Part shown: in pieces, positions 8,397 through 16,896 of the stretch
Layout of the letters: each line of letters begins with the position of its first letter
Position numbering within the stretch: the first letter of the stretch is position 1
Virus record (IMG/VR): IMGVR_UViG_3300017792_000001
Coordinates: 1-40,696 of that record
Length of the DNA: 40,696 bases
Direction: 5' to 3' (one strand)
From: a virus
Lineage: Duplodnaviria > Heunggongvirae > Uroviricota > Caudoviricetes
Position numbers and translations under genes: made by a program
The notes under the pieces: generated by a model
Seen by the model: only the letters and a program-made list of their open reading frames with translations
What the model was told of the DNA's origin: nothing
Database searches by the model: none

Positions 8397-9105
8397 CCAT
8401 CCGCTGTATGCAGCACTGGCTCGGCGCAAAGCCTTCTTCCATTCGATCCTCAAGCAACTCGAAATCGAATGGGTATGGCAGTACGTCGAAGAAAACAACA
8501 TTGGGCGTGCCAACACCTACCACCACAACACGCACATGCTGACCATGGCAGTTAACTGCTGGTCGTTCTTCCACGTCGAATGCCCAGACAAGGTGAACGA
8601 CGAAGAATGCAGCTTGGCATTGCTCGTTATCGCTGCGTGCCTGCACGATATGAACCACAGCGGTGGTGAGTTTGACGACGAGGAGAATATCCGTCGTGCG
8701 TGCGAAGCCGTTGAAGCAATCGAAGGCAGTCTGGACAAGCAGTTCTATGACGGCTTCGGTCGCAAAGTGCAAGGTCTGATCCGTGTCACGCAATGGCCGT
8801 TCGTGTACATCCCGAAGACGCGCCTGCAGAAGATCCTTCGTGACTGTGACGCGATGCAAGCCTACGAACCGGATGGCGTTACTGCAATCATGGAAGGTCT
8901 GCGCATGGAAATGCTGCACAAGCTTGGCAAGGTACCAACGTACATGGAAATGTACGAAGGCCAAGTCAAGTTCATGGAAGGTATCGAGTATTACACCGAT
9001 ACTGCCAAGGACATCATCGCCGCGTCGAAAGACGAACTGATCGGTGCGTTCAAAGCCTACGCCAACCTGCGTACCCTGGACGCGGAGACGAAAGATGAAG
9101 CCTAG
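8365..9105 (+). CDS. HD-domain metal-dependent phosphohydrolase (class I PDE-like motifs)
   Basis: NTYHHNTH, AACLHDMNHSG and ILRDCD motifs; GGAG SD before ATG 8365. Confidence 0.75.
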   Translation: MYNESLHVTLNHPLYAALARRKAFFHSILKQLEIEWVWQYVEENNIGRANTYHHNTHMLTMAVNCWSFFHVECPDKVNDEECSLALLVIAACLHDMNHSGGEFDDEENIRRACEAVEAIEGSLDKQFYDGFGRKVQGLIRVTQWPFVYIPKTRLQKILRDCDAMQAYEPDGVTAIMEGLRMEMLHKLGKVPTYMEMYEGQVKFMEGIEYYTDTAKDIIAASKDELIGAFKAYANLRTLDAETKDEA

Positions 9106-9490
9106 TACGATTTCGATTCAGGACACGTTCCTCAGCCACTTGCGTTCGATCATCACTGACCAGACCAACTCACTCGCGAACCAGTGGTCGTCACCTCAGA
9201 TGATGGAGAGTTTCGACTTCCAGCCTGCGGACATCGAGCGTCATCTGCCGCGCTTCACGATTCGTCCAGTGATTGCAGGTGAAGTTGACAACACCTTTCT
9301 TGATCACATCGGTCCGTTCCATGCGACGTTCGGTGCGTTCGACTTGAACGAGAAGAACCCGCAGATCAGCTGCCACATGATCGGCAAGATGTTCTGGAAC
9401 GCGGAAATGAAGACAGAGCTGGTGAGCATCCGCTTCCGCTTCAACCTGTTCTCTGCGCACAAGACCAATGCTTACGTGACGTACCTGTAA
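9095..9490 (+). CDS. hypothetical protein
   Basis: GGAG SD before ATG 9095. Confidence 0.75.
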   Translation: MKPSTISIQDTFLSHLRSIITDQTNSLANQWSSPQMMESFDFQPADIERHLPRFTIRPVIAGEVDNTFLDHIGPFHATFGAFDLNEKNPQISCHMIGKMFWNAEMKTELVSIRFRFNLFSAHKTNAYVTYL

Positions 9491-9849
9491 TGAAGCTGCG
9501 TTCTGATATAACAGCTATGCTCGATGCAATGTCCAGACACAGCCGTAGCATAAGCCAACGATTCATCGAACGTCCATGGATGAAGACGCGACCACACAGA
9601 TGCTGTTCGTTTTGCGCAGCCAGCGCTGACTTCTACATGGCTGAAAACGAAGTCTGGGAGCAGGCTGGATTTAGCAAGAACGAGATTGTGTGCTTGCATT
9701 GCTTTGAACTGCATCTTGGTCGCAAGCTGGCGATAACGGATTTCAGCAACGCTCAAATCAACTTGCCTATCTTATGGGCATTTCGTATGGGAATCGAACA
9801 TGCTTTGCAGACAACCGACAATGAGTCGCCGCCGTCCACACACCGGTGA
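9490..9849 (+). CDS. putative Zn-binding protein
   Basis: TAATG overlap; CxxC...YM.ENEVW...CxxCFE..LGRKL pattern seen in phage proteins. Confidence 0.7.
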   Translation: MKLRSDITAMLDAMSRHSRSISQRFIERPWMKTRPHRCCSFCAASADFYMAENEVWEQAGFSKNEIVCLHCFELHLGRKLAITDFSNAQINLPILWAFRMGIEHALQTTDNESPPSTHR

Positions 9850-10450
9850 GAAAGGACGCTATGGGCTGCCACGTTCATCAGTCACGGTTAGCGGCTTGAA
9901 CGTGAGGGATATTCAGGATGCTTTGATCCGTGCAGCTTGCGCATGTGGTCATGATCCAGATATGGTCGAAAGTGCGAAAGAAGGTGAGAATGCTGCGCTA
10001 CATCGCAACAGCCTGTTCTTGCTGTATGACCTAGACATGGCGGCAGTGCATGATGCTCTCGGGGATGAACTCGAAAAGCTCATGGGTATCTACCCGAATC
10101 TCCAAGGCGTTGAACCAAAGCCCATGCCGCAGCGTCGTGCGACTGATCGTCTCCCAGGTATGTCATCGGGAATGCTCGACCAGAACCTTTCCGAGCAGTT
10201 TGCCGAACGTTGTTTGAGTACGCTACCTAACGAGCGTCCGTATTCATCGCAGACCAAAGTACCTACACGTCGTTTGTCAGATGCGCAGGTTGAGGAGCTA
10301 GCTCAGTCCGATGTCGAGATTGACTCCGAAGGTCGCTACAACGGCTGGACTGAACGAGAGAAGATTCATGGACGTATGCGTGCTCTCGGCATTCCAATCC
10401 CAAACGACAAGCCAAGCCTCTGGCAGCGTTTCTTAAACCTTTTCGGATAA
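9800..10450 (+). CDS. hypothetical protein
   Basis: GGGA SD + CGAAC-ATG start; alternative start 9821. Confidence 0.7.
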   Translation: MLCRQPTMSRRRPHTGEKGRYGLPRSSVTVSGLNVRDIQDALIRAACACGHDPDMVESAKEGENAALHRNSLFLLYDLDMAAVHDALGDELEKLMGIYPNLQGVEPKPMPQRRATDRLPGMSSGMLDQNLSEQFAERCLSTLPNERPYSSQTKVPTRRLSDAQVEELAQSDVEIDSEGRYNGWTEREKIHGRMRALGIPIPNDKPSLWQRFLNLFG

Positions 10451-10466
10451 CTTCGAGAGCCTAAGG

Positions 10467-10922
10467 ATGCAACCTATCAACGGTAAAGATTTACCAAGCA
10501 GACCCGAACTGCGCAAGTACGGTTACGCTCCCGGTAACTACATGGGGTCGTGTCTTACTGGCGATCACCGAATGTACAGCGTAGACAAGCGCGCAACTTG
10601 CTGTCTTGCCTGTGCCGAGAAACTCTACGCTAAGGAGCAACCTATGATCGACCGTGAAACCCCACCGGGTCTTGAAGATCCGAACGAAGACTGCGCAGCA
10701 CCACCGTGTAATCCTCTGTCGCAGTATGTTGGCGGTAAGCTGACTGCCATGAAAGGGACTGCAATCCCGCTGACCATCGAGCGTGTAGGTAAAGACGATC
10801 AGGTGCACACCATGCGCTTCGTTGGTACCGATCTTCGTCGTGAGAAGTACAACCATGACGTGCTGATTGGTGCGGGTGACGAACTTGTTTTCAAAGATGG
10901 CGTTTTCATACGCGCACAGTAA
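10467..10922 (+). CDS. hypothetical Cys-containing protein
   Basis: YGYAPGNYMGSC...C CLAC segment; followed by a terminator. Confidence 0.75.
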   Translation: MQPINGKDLPSRPELRKYGYAPGNYMGSCLTGDHRMYSVDKRATCCLACAEKLYAKEQPMIDRETPPGLEDPNEDCAAPPCNPLSQYVGGKLTAMKGTAIPLTIERVGKDDQVHTMRFVGTDLRREKYNHDVLIGAGDELVFKDGVFIRAQ

Positions 10923-10929
10923 CGCGACG

Positions 10930-10953
10930 AGCCCTGCCTAGTGCGGGGCTTTT
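10930..10953 (+). terminator. intrinsic terminator
   Basis: AGCCCTGC-CTAGT-GCGGGGCT followed by TTT. Confidence 0.75.
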
Positions 10954-10972
10954 GCATTTGGAGTATTCGAAC

Positions 10973-11620
10973 ATGGGCGATTGGTGTACGGGAATTGGAA
11001 GTCGAGATACCCCTAAGGAAATCTGCACACTGATGACACGCTTCGCTCGGTTGCAGCGCCGGCGCATTCGTTCTGGTGGTGCAGAAGCTGCGGATGAATC
11101 GTTTGAGTCGAACTGGAACTTGCTGCCGTATCTACCGGAACCTGCATTCCGTCAGAAGCGAGGCTGGCATCGGTATCGTGAGGAGCATCTTGAGTTTGCA
11201 GACACCATTCTGGCTCAAGTATTCCCGTACCCAATTCGTAAAGCAAAGACGCTGGCATTCTTCCGGCGCAACGTGTTTCAAGTGCTGGGTCTGTGCAGTA
11301 GTGTAAATGAGATTGTGTTGAGCGACTTCGTGATCTGCTGGACACCAGACGGCGCCGTTTGTATGGCTGATTATGAACTCGGTGTCACAGGCGGCACAGG
11401 CATCGCCATCAATATCGCAGACTTGTACAACGTACCGGTCTACAATCTCAGAAGGAATGACCATCATGCAAAAATCAGAAAGTGGTGTCGCAAGCGAGAG
11501 AACCAACTCGGCCTCCGCTTCGAGCACACCTCTGGAGTCCACTTCTACGCCAACACCGGAGAAATCTTCGATCCAGGAACGTTCGGAGAAGGAGCTGGCC
11601 TTTCAATCCTTGCTGGCTAA
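10973..11620 (+). CDS. DprA-like / SLOG-superfamily protein
   Basis: TGIGSR.TP, RSGGA.AADxxFE, DFVICWTPDG, GGTGIAI.IA..YNVPVYNL motifs; GGAG SD + CGAAC-ATG. Confidence 0.75.
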   Translation: MGDWCTGIGSRDTPKEICTLMTRFARLQRRRIRSGGAEAADESFESNWNLLPYLPEPAFRQKRGWHRYREEHLEFADTILAQVFPYPIRKAKTLAFFRRNVFQVLGLCSSVNEIVLSDFVICWTPDGAVCMADYELGVTGGTGIAINIADLYNVPVYNLRRNDHHAKIRKWCRKRENQLGLRFEHTSGVHFYANTGEIFDPGTFGEGAGLSILAG

Positions 11621-11858
11621 GTTCCACAACGCTGTCTGGGAAGAGGCTGAGAAGGGCGGTGCGTTTGACCTCGCAGGTATTGCTGAGGCCAAAGAGTTGA
11701 TCGCGATGTTCAACGGCGTGCCACCGCTGTCTGAACTCCAGGGTACTGCGTTGGTTCTCGACGCCCACCTGACTGCAAAAGAAAGTGGTCGTATCACTGG
11801 TACGTCTAACTGGGCCGGTGATATCTGGCACGCAATCAAACGCGGGTTTGCCAAATGA
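11466..11858 (+). CDS. hypothetical protein (start uncertain: ATG 11466 or TTG 11610)
   Basis: AAGGA SD 10 nt before ATG 11466; the C-terminal part fills the gap to 11855. Confidence 0.55.
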   Translation: MQKSESGVASERTNSASASSTPLESTSTPTPEKSSIQERSEKELAFQSLLAKFHNAVWEEAEKGGAFDLAGIAEAKELIAMFNGVPPLSELQGTALVLDAHLTAKESGRITGTSNWAGDIWHAIKRGFAK

Positions 11859-12202
11859 GTCGACCTACTATAGATGAAGCTGAAAGAATACACGCGCTTG
11901 CGGAAGCGGTATGCGCCAAGCTTCCAGTAGATTGTACATATTCCCTACGAAGCGGCGACCGTTATGAACGTCGCGGCCAAGCTGCAATGATCTACGAAAA
12001 ATCGACGTGCAATGACTTCTTATTCATCAGGATATGGGAGGACGGCGAGTTAGAAGTCACCGATGTTAATGTTGCGAATCCTGAATATGTAGCTATCGTA
12101 AAAGCCATCTGGGCAGAACAACAAGGCCCGGTATCTGACACGCAATCAAACGAGGATCCATCAAATGAGCAACCAAGAACTGATCAAACAACTGACCGAT
12201 GA
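11855..12202 (+). CDS. hypothetical protein, paralog of 12165-12449
   Basis: Shares KLPV, IR.WEDGE.EV and VKAIWAEQ.G with the next gene. Confidence 0.8.
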   Translation: MSRPTIDEAERIHALAEAVCAKLPVDCTYSLRSGDRYERRGQAAMIYEKSTCNDFLFIRIWEDGELEVTDVNVANPEYVAIVKAIWAEQQGPVSDTQSNEDPSNEQPRTDQTTDR

Positions 12203-12449
12203 AATGCAGAAGAAACTGCCGGTCATTCATACCTCGTCTCCGATCGTAGGCAGTAACGACGGTCGTGATTTTGTCGGCGCCCTCGTCGTTGAAACCCAGG
12301 TGCTGGAAAACGGCGCGATGATGATCATTCGTCTCTGGGAAGACGGTGAGTTTGAAGTGCGTACTACCAGCACCGTCGGTGAGCAATGCGCAGATCAGGT
12401 GAAAGCCATCTGGGCAGAACAGCGGGGACTGAGCGATGGACAAGTTTGA
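12165..12449 (+). CDS. hypothetical protein, paralog of 11855-12202
   Basis: GAGGA SD; same motifs; 20-nt identical DNA at 12101-12120 and 12402-12421. Confidence 0.8.
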   Translation: MSNQELIKQLTDEMQKKLPVIHTSSPIVGSNDGRDFVGALVVETQVLENGAMMIIRLWEDGEFEVRTTSTVGEQCADQVKAIWAEQRGLSDGQV

Positions 12450-12936
12450 GAAGGTCTGGGGTCCCGTAACGAAACACGATGGTCCAAGCGCGCTCGACAA
12501 GATCAACGTGCGTCAAGCCATCGACCACATCAAGCGTGAGATTGAACAGCGCCTCGAAGAACAGGTTGAAGCTACCAAGCGCCCTGTGACACGTCGTGGG
12601 TTTGCGATCATCAAGCGTGACGTGCTGTACACCAAGGAGCAATACGCCAAGATTCCTGGCGTTACGGTTGAAGGCGGTATCATCGACCGCTTCACAATCA
12701 CCCGTGTGCAGAATGATCGACGCTGGGTGATTCGTGCAACCATGATGTACGATGATGGTACTGAGGCGTTCGATGCTGAATTCAGCAGTCGCCGGAAAGC
12801 AGGTGCATGGGCACGCCAGATCATCCGCTTGATCTTCATCGACATTGACCTGAACGTCAAAGTAGTTCGCCCAGCAGAACGCATCGACCTGTCTGGTATC
12901 ACTTTCGTCAAGGAGGTTGCCGATGACACCCTCTGA
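12436..12936 (+). CDS. hypothetical protein
   Basis: GGGGA SD; overlaps neighbours. Confidence 0.8.
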   Translation: MDKFEKVWGPVTKHDGPSALDKINVRQAIDHIKREIEQRLEEQVEATKRPVTRRGFAIIKRDVLYTKEQYAKIPGVTVEGGIIDRFTITRVQNDRRWVIRATMMYDDGTEAFDAEFSSRRKAGAWARQIIRLIFIDIDLNVKVVRPAERIDLSGITFVKEVADDTL

Positions 12937-13390
12937 GCAAGCCACAGTTGATTTTGTCAAAGACGGACTCAAGAAGGCGCTGACTGACCTGAACGTCACT
13001 GCGCTTGATCACGCCAATGCCTCAGGTACGACACAGCGCTGGCTGGAAAACTGGATGTCAACGCTGACCGCCGACCCTAATGCGTACAAGATGCCTGTGT
13101 TCGATAGCTACGGTGTCGTGCATTACACCCCGAAAGACGGCGCAAGCAAACCACGTTACGGCTGGCAAGCAGTGCTCAACGGACCCTTGTTCGAGAGTCG
13201 CAAAGAGTTCCGTAGTCTGCGTCTCGCCAAGCGTTGGATCAAAGTGCAGATGAAGTGCAAGTGCTGGCCAATGACGACTGCCTCGGAACCAGACAAGGTT
13301 GATTCGCGTGTGATCAACATGACCATCGACTTCGAGCATGAAGGCCCGCTCGACAAGACCTTCTTGGTGAAGAATGAATCATTCCGATAA
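12923..13390 (+). CDS. hypothetical protein
   Basis: AGGAGG SD at 12911-12916 before ATG 12923. Confidence 0.8.
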   Translation: MTPSEQATVDFVKDGLKKALTDLNVTALDHANASGTTQRWLENWMSTLTADPNAYKMPVFDSYGVVHYTPKDGASKPRYGWQAVLNGPLFESRKEFRSLRLAKRWIKVQMKCKCWPMTTASEPDKVDSRVINMTIDFEHEGPLDKTFLVKNESFR

Positions 13391-13655
13391 AGCAGCGCCT
13401 GATGAAGCCAGCAGCGACAACTTCAACAAGCCGATGACGTATGCGATTGAGCAGCGCGTCCGCATGTTGGACTTTCTGCTGGCGAGTTACGGCTGGGTGC
13501 ACCGCGAGTTCTTGATGAACTACTTCGGCATCAGCATTGCGCAAGCCTCTCTGGACATCAAGCGCTACATCTGGCTTGCACCAGAAAACATTTCGTACAA
13601 CGTGAACTCGAAGCGCTATGAGGTCACAGGGGCTTTCGAGCGATTCTTTCCGTAG
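13374..13655 (+). CDS. stand-alone CapW/BrxR-type winged-helix DNA-binding protein (no WYL domain)
   Basis: QRVRMLDFLL..YG.V.RE.LMNYFGISIAQASLDIKRY..LAPENI.Y..NSKRYE.T.AF matches the N-terminal wHTH pattern of CapW-like WYL repressors; alternative start 13434. Confidence 0.75.
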   Translation: MNHSDKAAPDEASSDNFNKPMTYAIEQRVRMLDFLLASYGWVHREFLMNYFGISIAQASLDIKRYIWLAPENISYNVNSKRYEVTGAFERFFP

Positions 13656-13664
13656 GAGATTTAC

Positions 13665-13871
13665 GTGCCAAACGATCGCCCAATGATTGTCTCGGGTTTT
13701 GTCGTCTATCGCGAGTACGGGTTTCTAAATCCGCACAGCGGTGAGTATGACCTTACCCGGGACGAACACGACTGTATGACGGAAGACGAGGCAAAGAAAA
13801 CCCTCGAAGACCTCAAACAGGAATTCCCAGGAGATACGGTGTACTATGAAGTTGCCAATATCAGTATCTGA
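13665..13871 (+). CDS. small acidic hypothetical protein
   Basis: AGGAG SD, GTG start. Confidence 0.75.
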   Translation: MPNDRPMIVSGFVVYREYGFLNPHSGEYDLTRDEHDCMTEDEAKKTLEDLKQEFPGDTVYYEVANISI

Positions 13872-14337
13872 CCAGACGATGTTCGAAGTTACCAAACAGC
13901 CGATTGATACGCTGGGTAGCTTTGAGCAGACCTCGAACTCGGAGCTCGAAAAGAACATCGGTCAGCAGATCGAATTCCTGGGTGCGCGACTCCAGCTGAC
14001 TGCCAAGAACCCTCAGTGGAAGAAATTCCGCATGATGCTGGTAGACGACGTGATGCGCGCTTACATTGCCCGCAGGTTGATTCGCGTATCGGAGTACAAG
14101 GTTCATTGGTACGACAGCTACCGCATTCAGAAGCATCGTGATGGCAGCGCCACCGTCATCTGGCATGCAAGCGAAACTGGTGCTGAGTGTCGCAAAGAAT
14201 TCAAGCTGCACACCAACCTGCTGCACGCTGTTGGGCGTGATCGTTTGAACCAGTGCCCTGGCGCCGTCGTGTACAAACGCGGTAAGTATGAAATGCACCC
14301 ACACGCCGCTGTATTCCTGCTTGCGAGGCATCTATGA
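13846..14337 (+). CDS. hypothetical protein
   Basis: Fills the gap; start may be 13879. Confidence 0.7.
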   Translation: MKLPISVSDQTMFEVTKQPIDTLGSFEQTSNSELEKNIGQQIEFLGARLQLTAKNPQWKKFRMMLVDDVMRAYIARRLIRVSEYKVHWYDSYRIQKHRDGSATVIWHASETGAECRKEFKLHTNLLHAVGRDRLNQCPGAVVYKRGKYEMHPHAAVFLLARHL

Positions 14338-15245
14338 CTACTCCTCCAGAACCGAAAACCACGTGGGTAGAAAACGGCACGCGCATTGTCAGCACGGTCG
14401 AAGCTATCGTCAACACGAAAGAGAAGGCGCCGCTGCCTGCTATGGTCGTGTATCGCGAAGAAAGCGGCGAGCAGTGCGCAGAGTTTGTGGACAACTTCCT
14501 GGGCAAGCGTAAGCAGTTTGATCCAGAAGTCGGTCACGCTCCCGAAGTCGAAATCATGATGCCTGAGTTTCAGGTGTTCATCGGTACGTTGCCGGGTAAG
14601 ACTCCACCGGGCGTCAACTATTTCCTAGACGCTACCTACGAGTGCGATCCCAAAGAAGCTGAGCTTGAAGCGCGCCGTGTTATTGAAGCGACGTACAAGC
14701 GCGTCAACGGCCCGCCTGCTGGCGTGAAGAATCAACCGATCTTCGGCAAAGATTCCTGCCTGACCTTCGTGCGTCGTCAGAACGTAGACCGTACCGCTTT
14801 GCAAGATCAGTGCGACAAAGCCGGCATCAACTGGGTCGGTATTGTGCAAGGCACTCCGATGATCTGGGGCAATCGTGCGAGTGACGGCTCGTTTATTCAT
14901 CACTGGGTCTGGCTTGCGTCTTGCTTACGCTACGCCTTCCGTTGCACTGCATTCGTTCACGAAGATCCACTGGCAGGTATGAACTGGCAAGCTCACTTCG
15001 GTGACGCCTGGCGCTCCTTCCAAAGCCTTCATTGGGATCGCGCCAACGAGGCATTCCAAATCAATATCATTGGAAACGTGTTGCATTTGCGCTTGAGCGA
15101 CCACTGGTTCCTTAATCAGGCACCTGTGATGATTGTCATGCCTATCATCGGGCCTGATAAAGGCAAGATCAAACTGCCATACGTTATCCAGCAGAAGCTG
15201 CAGGCGATGTACGATATGACCAAGATTACAGGAGGTATCGCGTGA
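14334..15245 (+). CDS. hypothetical protein with degenerate DUF1653-like N-terminal domain
   Basis: GAGG SD; WV...V..IVNT...P.MVVYR..SG......DNFL aligns with the N-terminus of the next gene. Confidence 0.7.
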   Translation: MTTPPEPKTTWVENGTRIVSTVEAIVNTKEKAPLPAMVVYREESGEQCAEFVDNFLGKRKQFDPEVGHAPEVEIMMPEFQVFIGTLPGKTPPGVNYFLDATYECDPKEAELEARRVIEATYKRVNGPPAGVKNQPIFGKDSCLTFVRRQNVDRTALQDQCDKAGINWVGIVQGTPMIWGNRASDGSFIHHWVWLASCLRYAFRCTAFVHEDPLAGMNWQAHFGDAWRSFQSLHWDRANEAFQINIIGNVLHLRLSDHWFLNQAPVMIVMPIIGPDKGKIKLPYVIQQKLQAMYDMTKITGGIA

Positions 15246-16279
15246 GCGAGCTACCGAAAGTCCCCAGCAAGTGGGTGCATTACAAAGGCGCAGAGTACGA
15301 AGTCTACGACCTGCTCAATACCGATGCAGACCCAGGGCGTGAAGTAGACCACCCTGTGATCGTCTGCTATCGTGGTGCCAACGGCAAGAAGTGGGGCAAG
15401 ACCCTCGACGTCTTCCTGAACACGATGAAGCCGAAAGAGTCGGCGTGGGAAGCGCGTAAGCAACGCATTCGCTCCTTGCAGAACCAACCAGACGACAAAG
15501 AAGCGGTGATCCCTGTTGGTCGAGCGACACTCGTACCGCGCGAATTGATCAACGGTGCTTTCTCCAGCACTGAAACTGTCGAGTACCTGGTGCCAGAAAT
15601 CAAACTCTGGAGTCCGTCGCAACCTGGTGCCATCGGAGCGTTCGCGTATATACAACTTACACCAAGCAGCAACGAGACTGCGACTAACGAGGACAAACTC
15701 CAGTTCATTCGCGAACTCTGGGAGAATGGCACTGACCCAAGCAACCCACGATCTGCTTTGCGTGACACTGCGCGGTATGTCGCTGGTCGTTGGGCTGAGA
15801 AGCTCCAGCTAGGCTATTGCAACGAGGTAGCACGCGAGCGCATTCGCAACAGCCCAGTTGCATTCATTGGACTGTATCAAGGTCAGCCAATCGTCAGTCG
15901 CTGGTGTACGAGTTTTGGCGGCGATCTGGTTGAACTCACCACGTTCTTGTCGATTCTTCGACACGTCAGCCTGAAATACGCAGGTGATGTGTACGACGAA
16001 CGCCATCTGCACATGATTGCAGGTGACTTCAACCGTCTGGTACGTACCTCAGTCGCCATGGGTGCGATTCACCCGAGAAACGAACCAGCTGCCGTGGTTG
16101 ATAATCGCCATCTGCGATTCTTGTTGCCGCGTGACATCAAGGGTGATCGGGACGCAGAACCACAGTACGCTGAAACCGAATTCGTCGGCAATACGTTGCG
16201 CATCCTCTTTGATCCAGAGGTGACTGCGCTGATCGTCAACATCTTCGGCGGTGATTGTCTGAACCGGGTGCTGCTATGA
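15242..16279 (+). CDS. DUF1653-like domain protein
   Basis: GGAGG SD, GTG start; WVHYKGAEYEV...VIVCYR...GKKW.K.LDVFL is the DUF1653 pattern. Confidence 0.75.
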   Translation: MSELPKVPSKWVHYKGAEYEVYDLLNTDADPGREVDHPVIVCYRGANGKKWGKTLDVFLNTMKPKESAWEARKQRIRSLQNQPDDKEAVIPVGRATLVPRELINGAFSSTETVEYLVPEIKLWSPSQPGAIGAFAYIQLTPSSNETATNEDKLQFIRELWENGTDPSNPRSALRDTARYVAGRWAEKLQLGYCNEVARERIRNSPVAFIGLYQGQPIVSRWCTSFGGDLVELTTFLSILRHVSLKYAGDVYDERHLHMIAGDFNRLVRTSVAMGAIHPRNEPAAVVDNRHLRFLLPRDIKGDRDAEPQYAETEFVGNTLRILFDPEVTALIVNIFGGDCLNRVLL

Positions 16280-16896
16280 ACAAGCTGTCGGACTTCACCA
16301 AGAAGAACATCATCGACGACAAGACCGGTGTTGAAGGCGGCTACGTCAAGAACGTGAACGACAGCGGCGGTGAAACCAATCACGGCATTACCGCTGCGCT
16401 GGCGAATGACTACAAGAAGCAACTGGTCAACCTGTATTCGTGGGATGGGAAGATGATCAACCTGTCCCTGACCATGGCGTACTATCTGTACGAGACGCAT
16501 TTCTGGAAGCGCATGTACTGCGACGATCTGGCGAAGCGTCACCCGCTGTTTGCCGACAAGCTGTTCGACATGGCAATCAACATGGGCGTGACAACTGCCG
16601 GCGGTTACTTCCAGCAGATCCTGAATGCCAACAACAATCAAGGCGCGCTGTATGCAGACCTGAAAGTTGACGGCTACATGGGTCCGACCACGCTCAAGGC
16701 TCTGGACGCATTTGTTGCGAAACGGGGTGCGGAGGGCATAAATCGCGCTTTGTGTGCTCTGCTTGCTGAGCAAGGACACCACTACCTAAACCTGGTCCAA
16801 ATGCGTGCAAAGGACGAGGAATTCTACTACGGATGGGCAGGTCGGGTGAGCCGTGACATGCTGATCTACATGAACGTGCTGGGGGTAAAAGCATGA
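16276..16896 (+). CDS. glycoside hydrolase family 108 muramidase with C-terminal peptidoglycan-binding domain (putative endolysin)
   Basis: EGGYV.N.NDSGGETNHGIT catalytic motif; FD.AINMGV..A...FQ..LN; LKVDG.MGP.TL.AL. Confidence 0.9.
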   Translation: MNKLSDFTKKNIIDDKTGVEGGYVKNVNDSGGETNHGITAALANDYKKQLVNLYSWDGKMINLSLTMAYYLYETHFWKRMYCDDLAKRHPLFADKLFDMAINMGVTTAGGYFQQILNANNNQGALYADLKVDGYMGPTTLKALDAFVAKRGAEGINRALCALLAEQGHHYLNLVQMRAKDEEFYYGWAGRVSRDMLIYMNVLGVKA

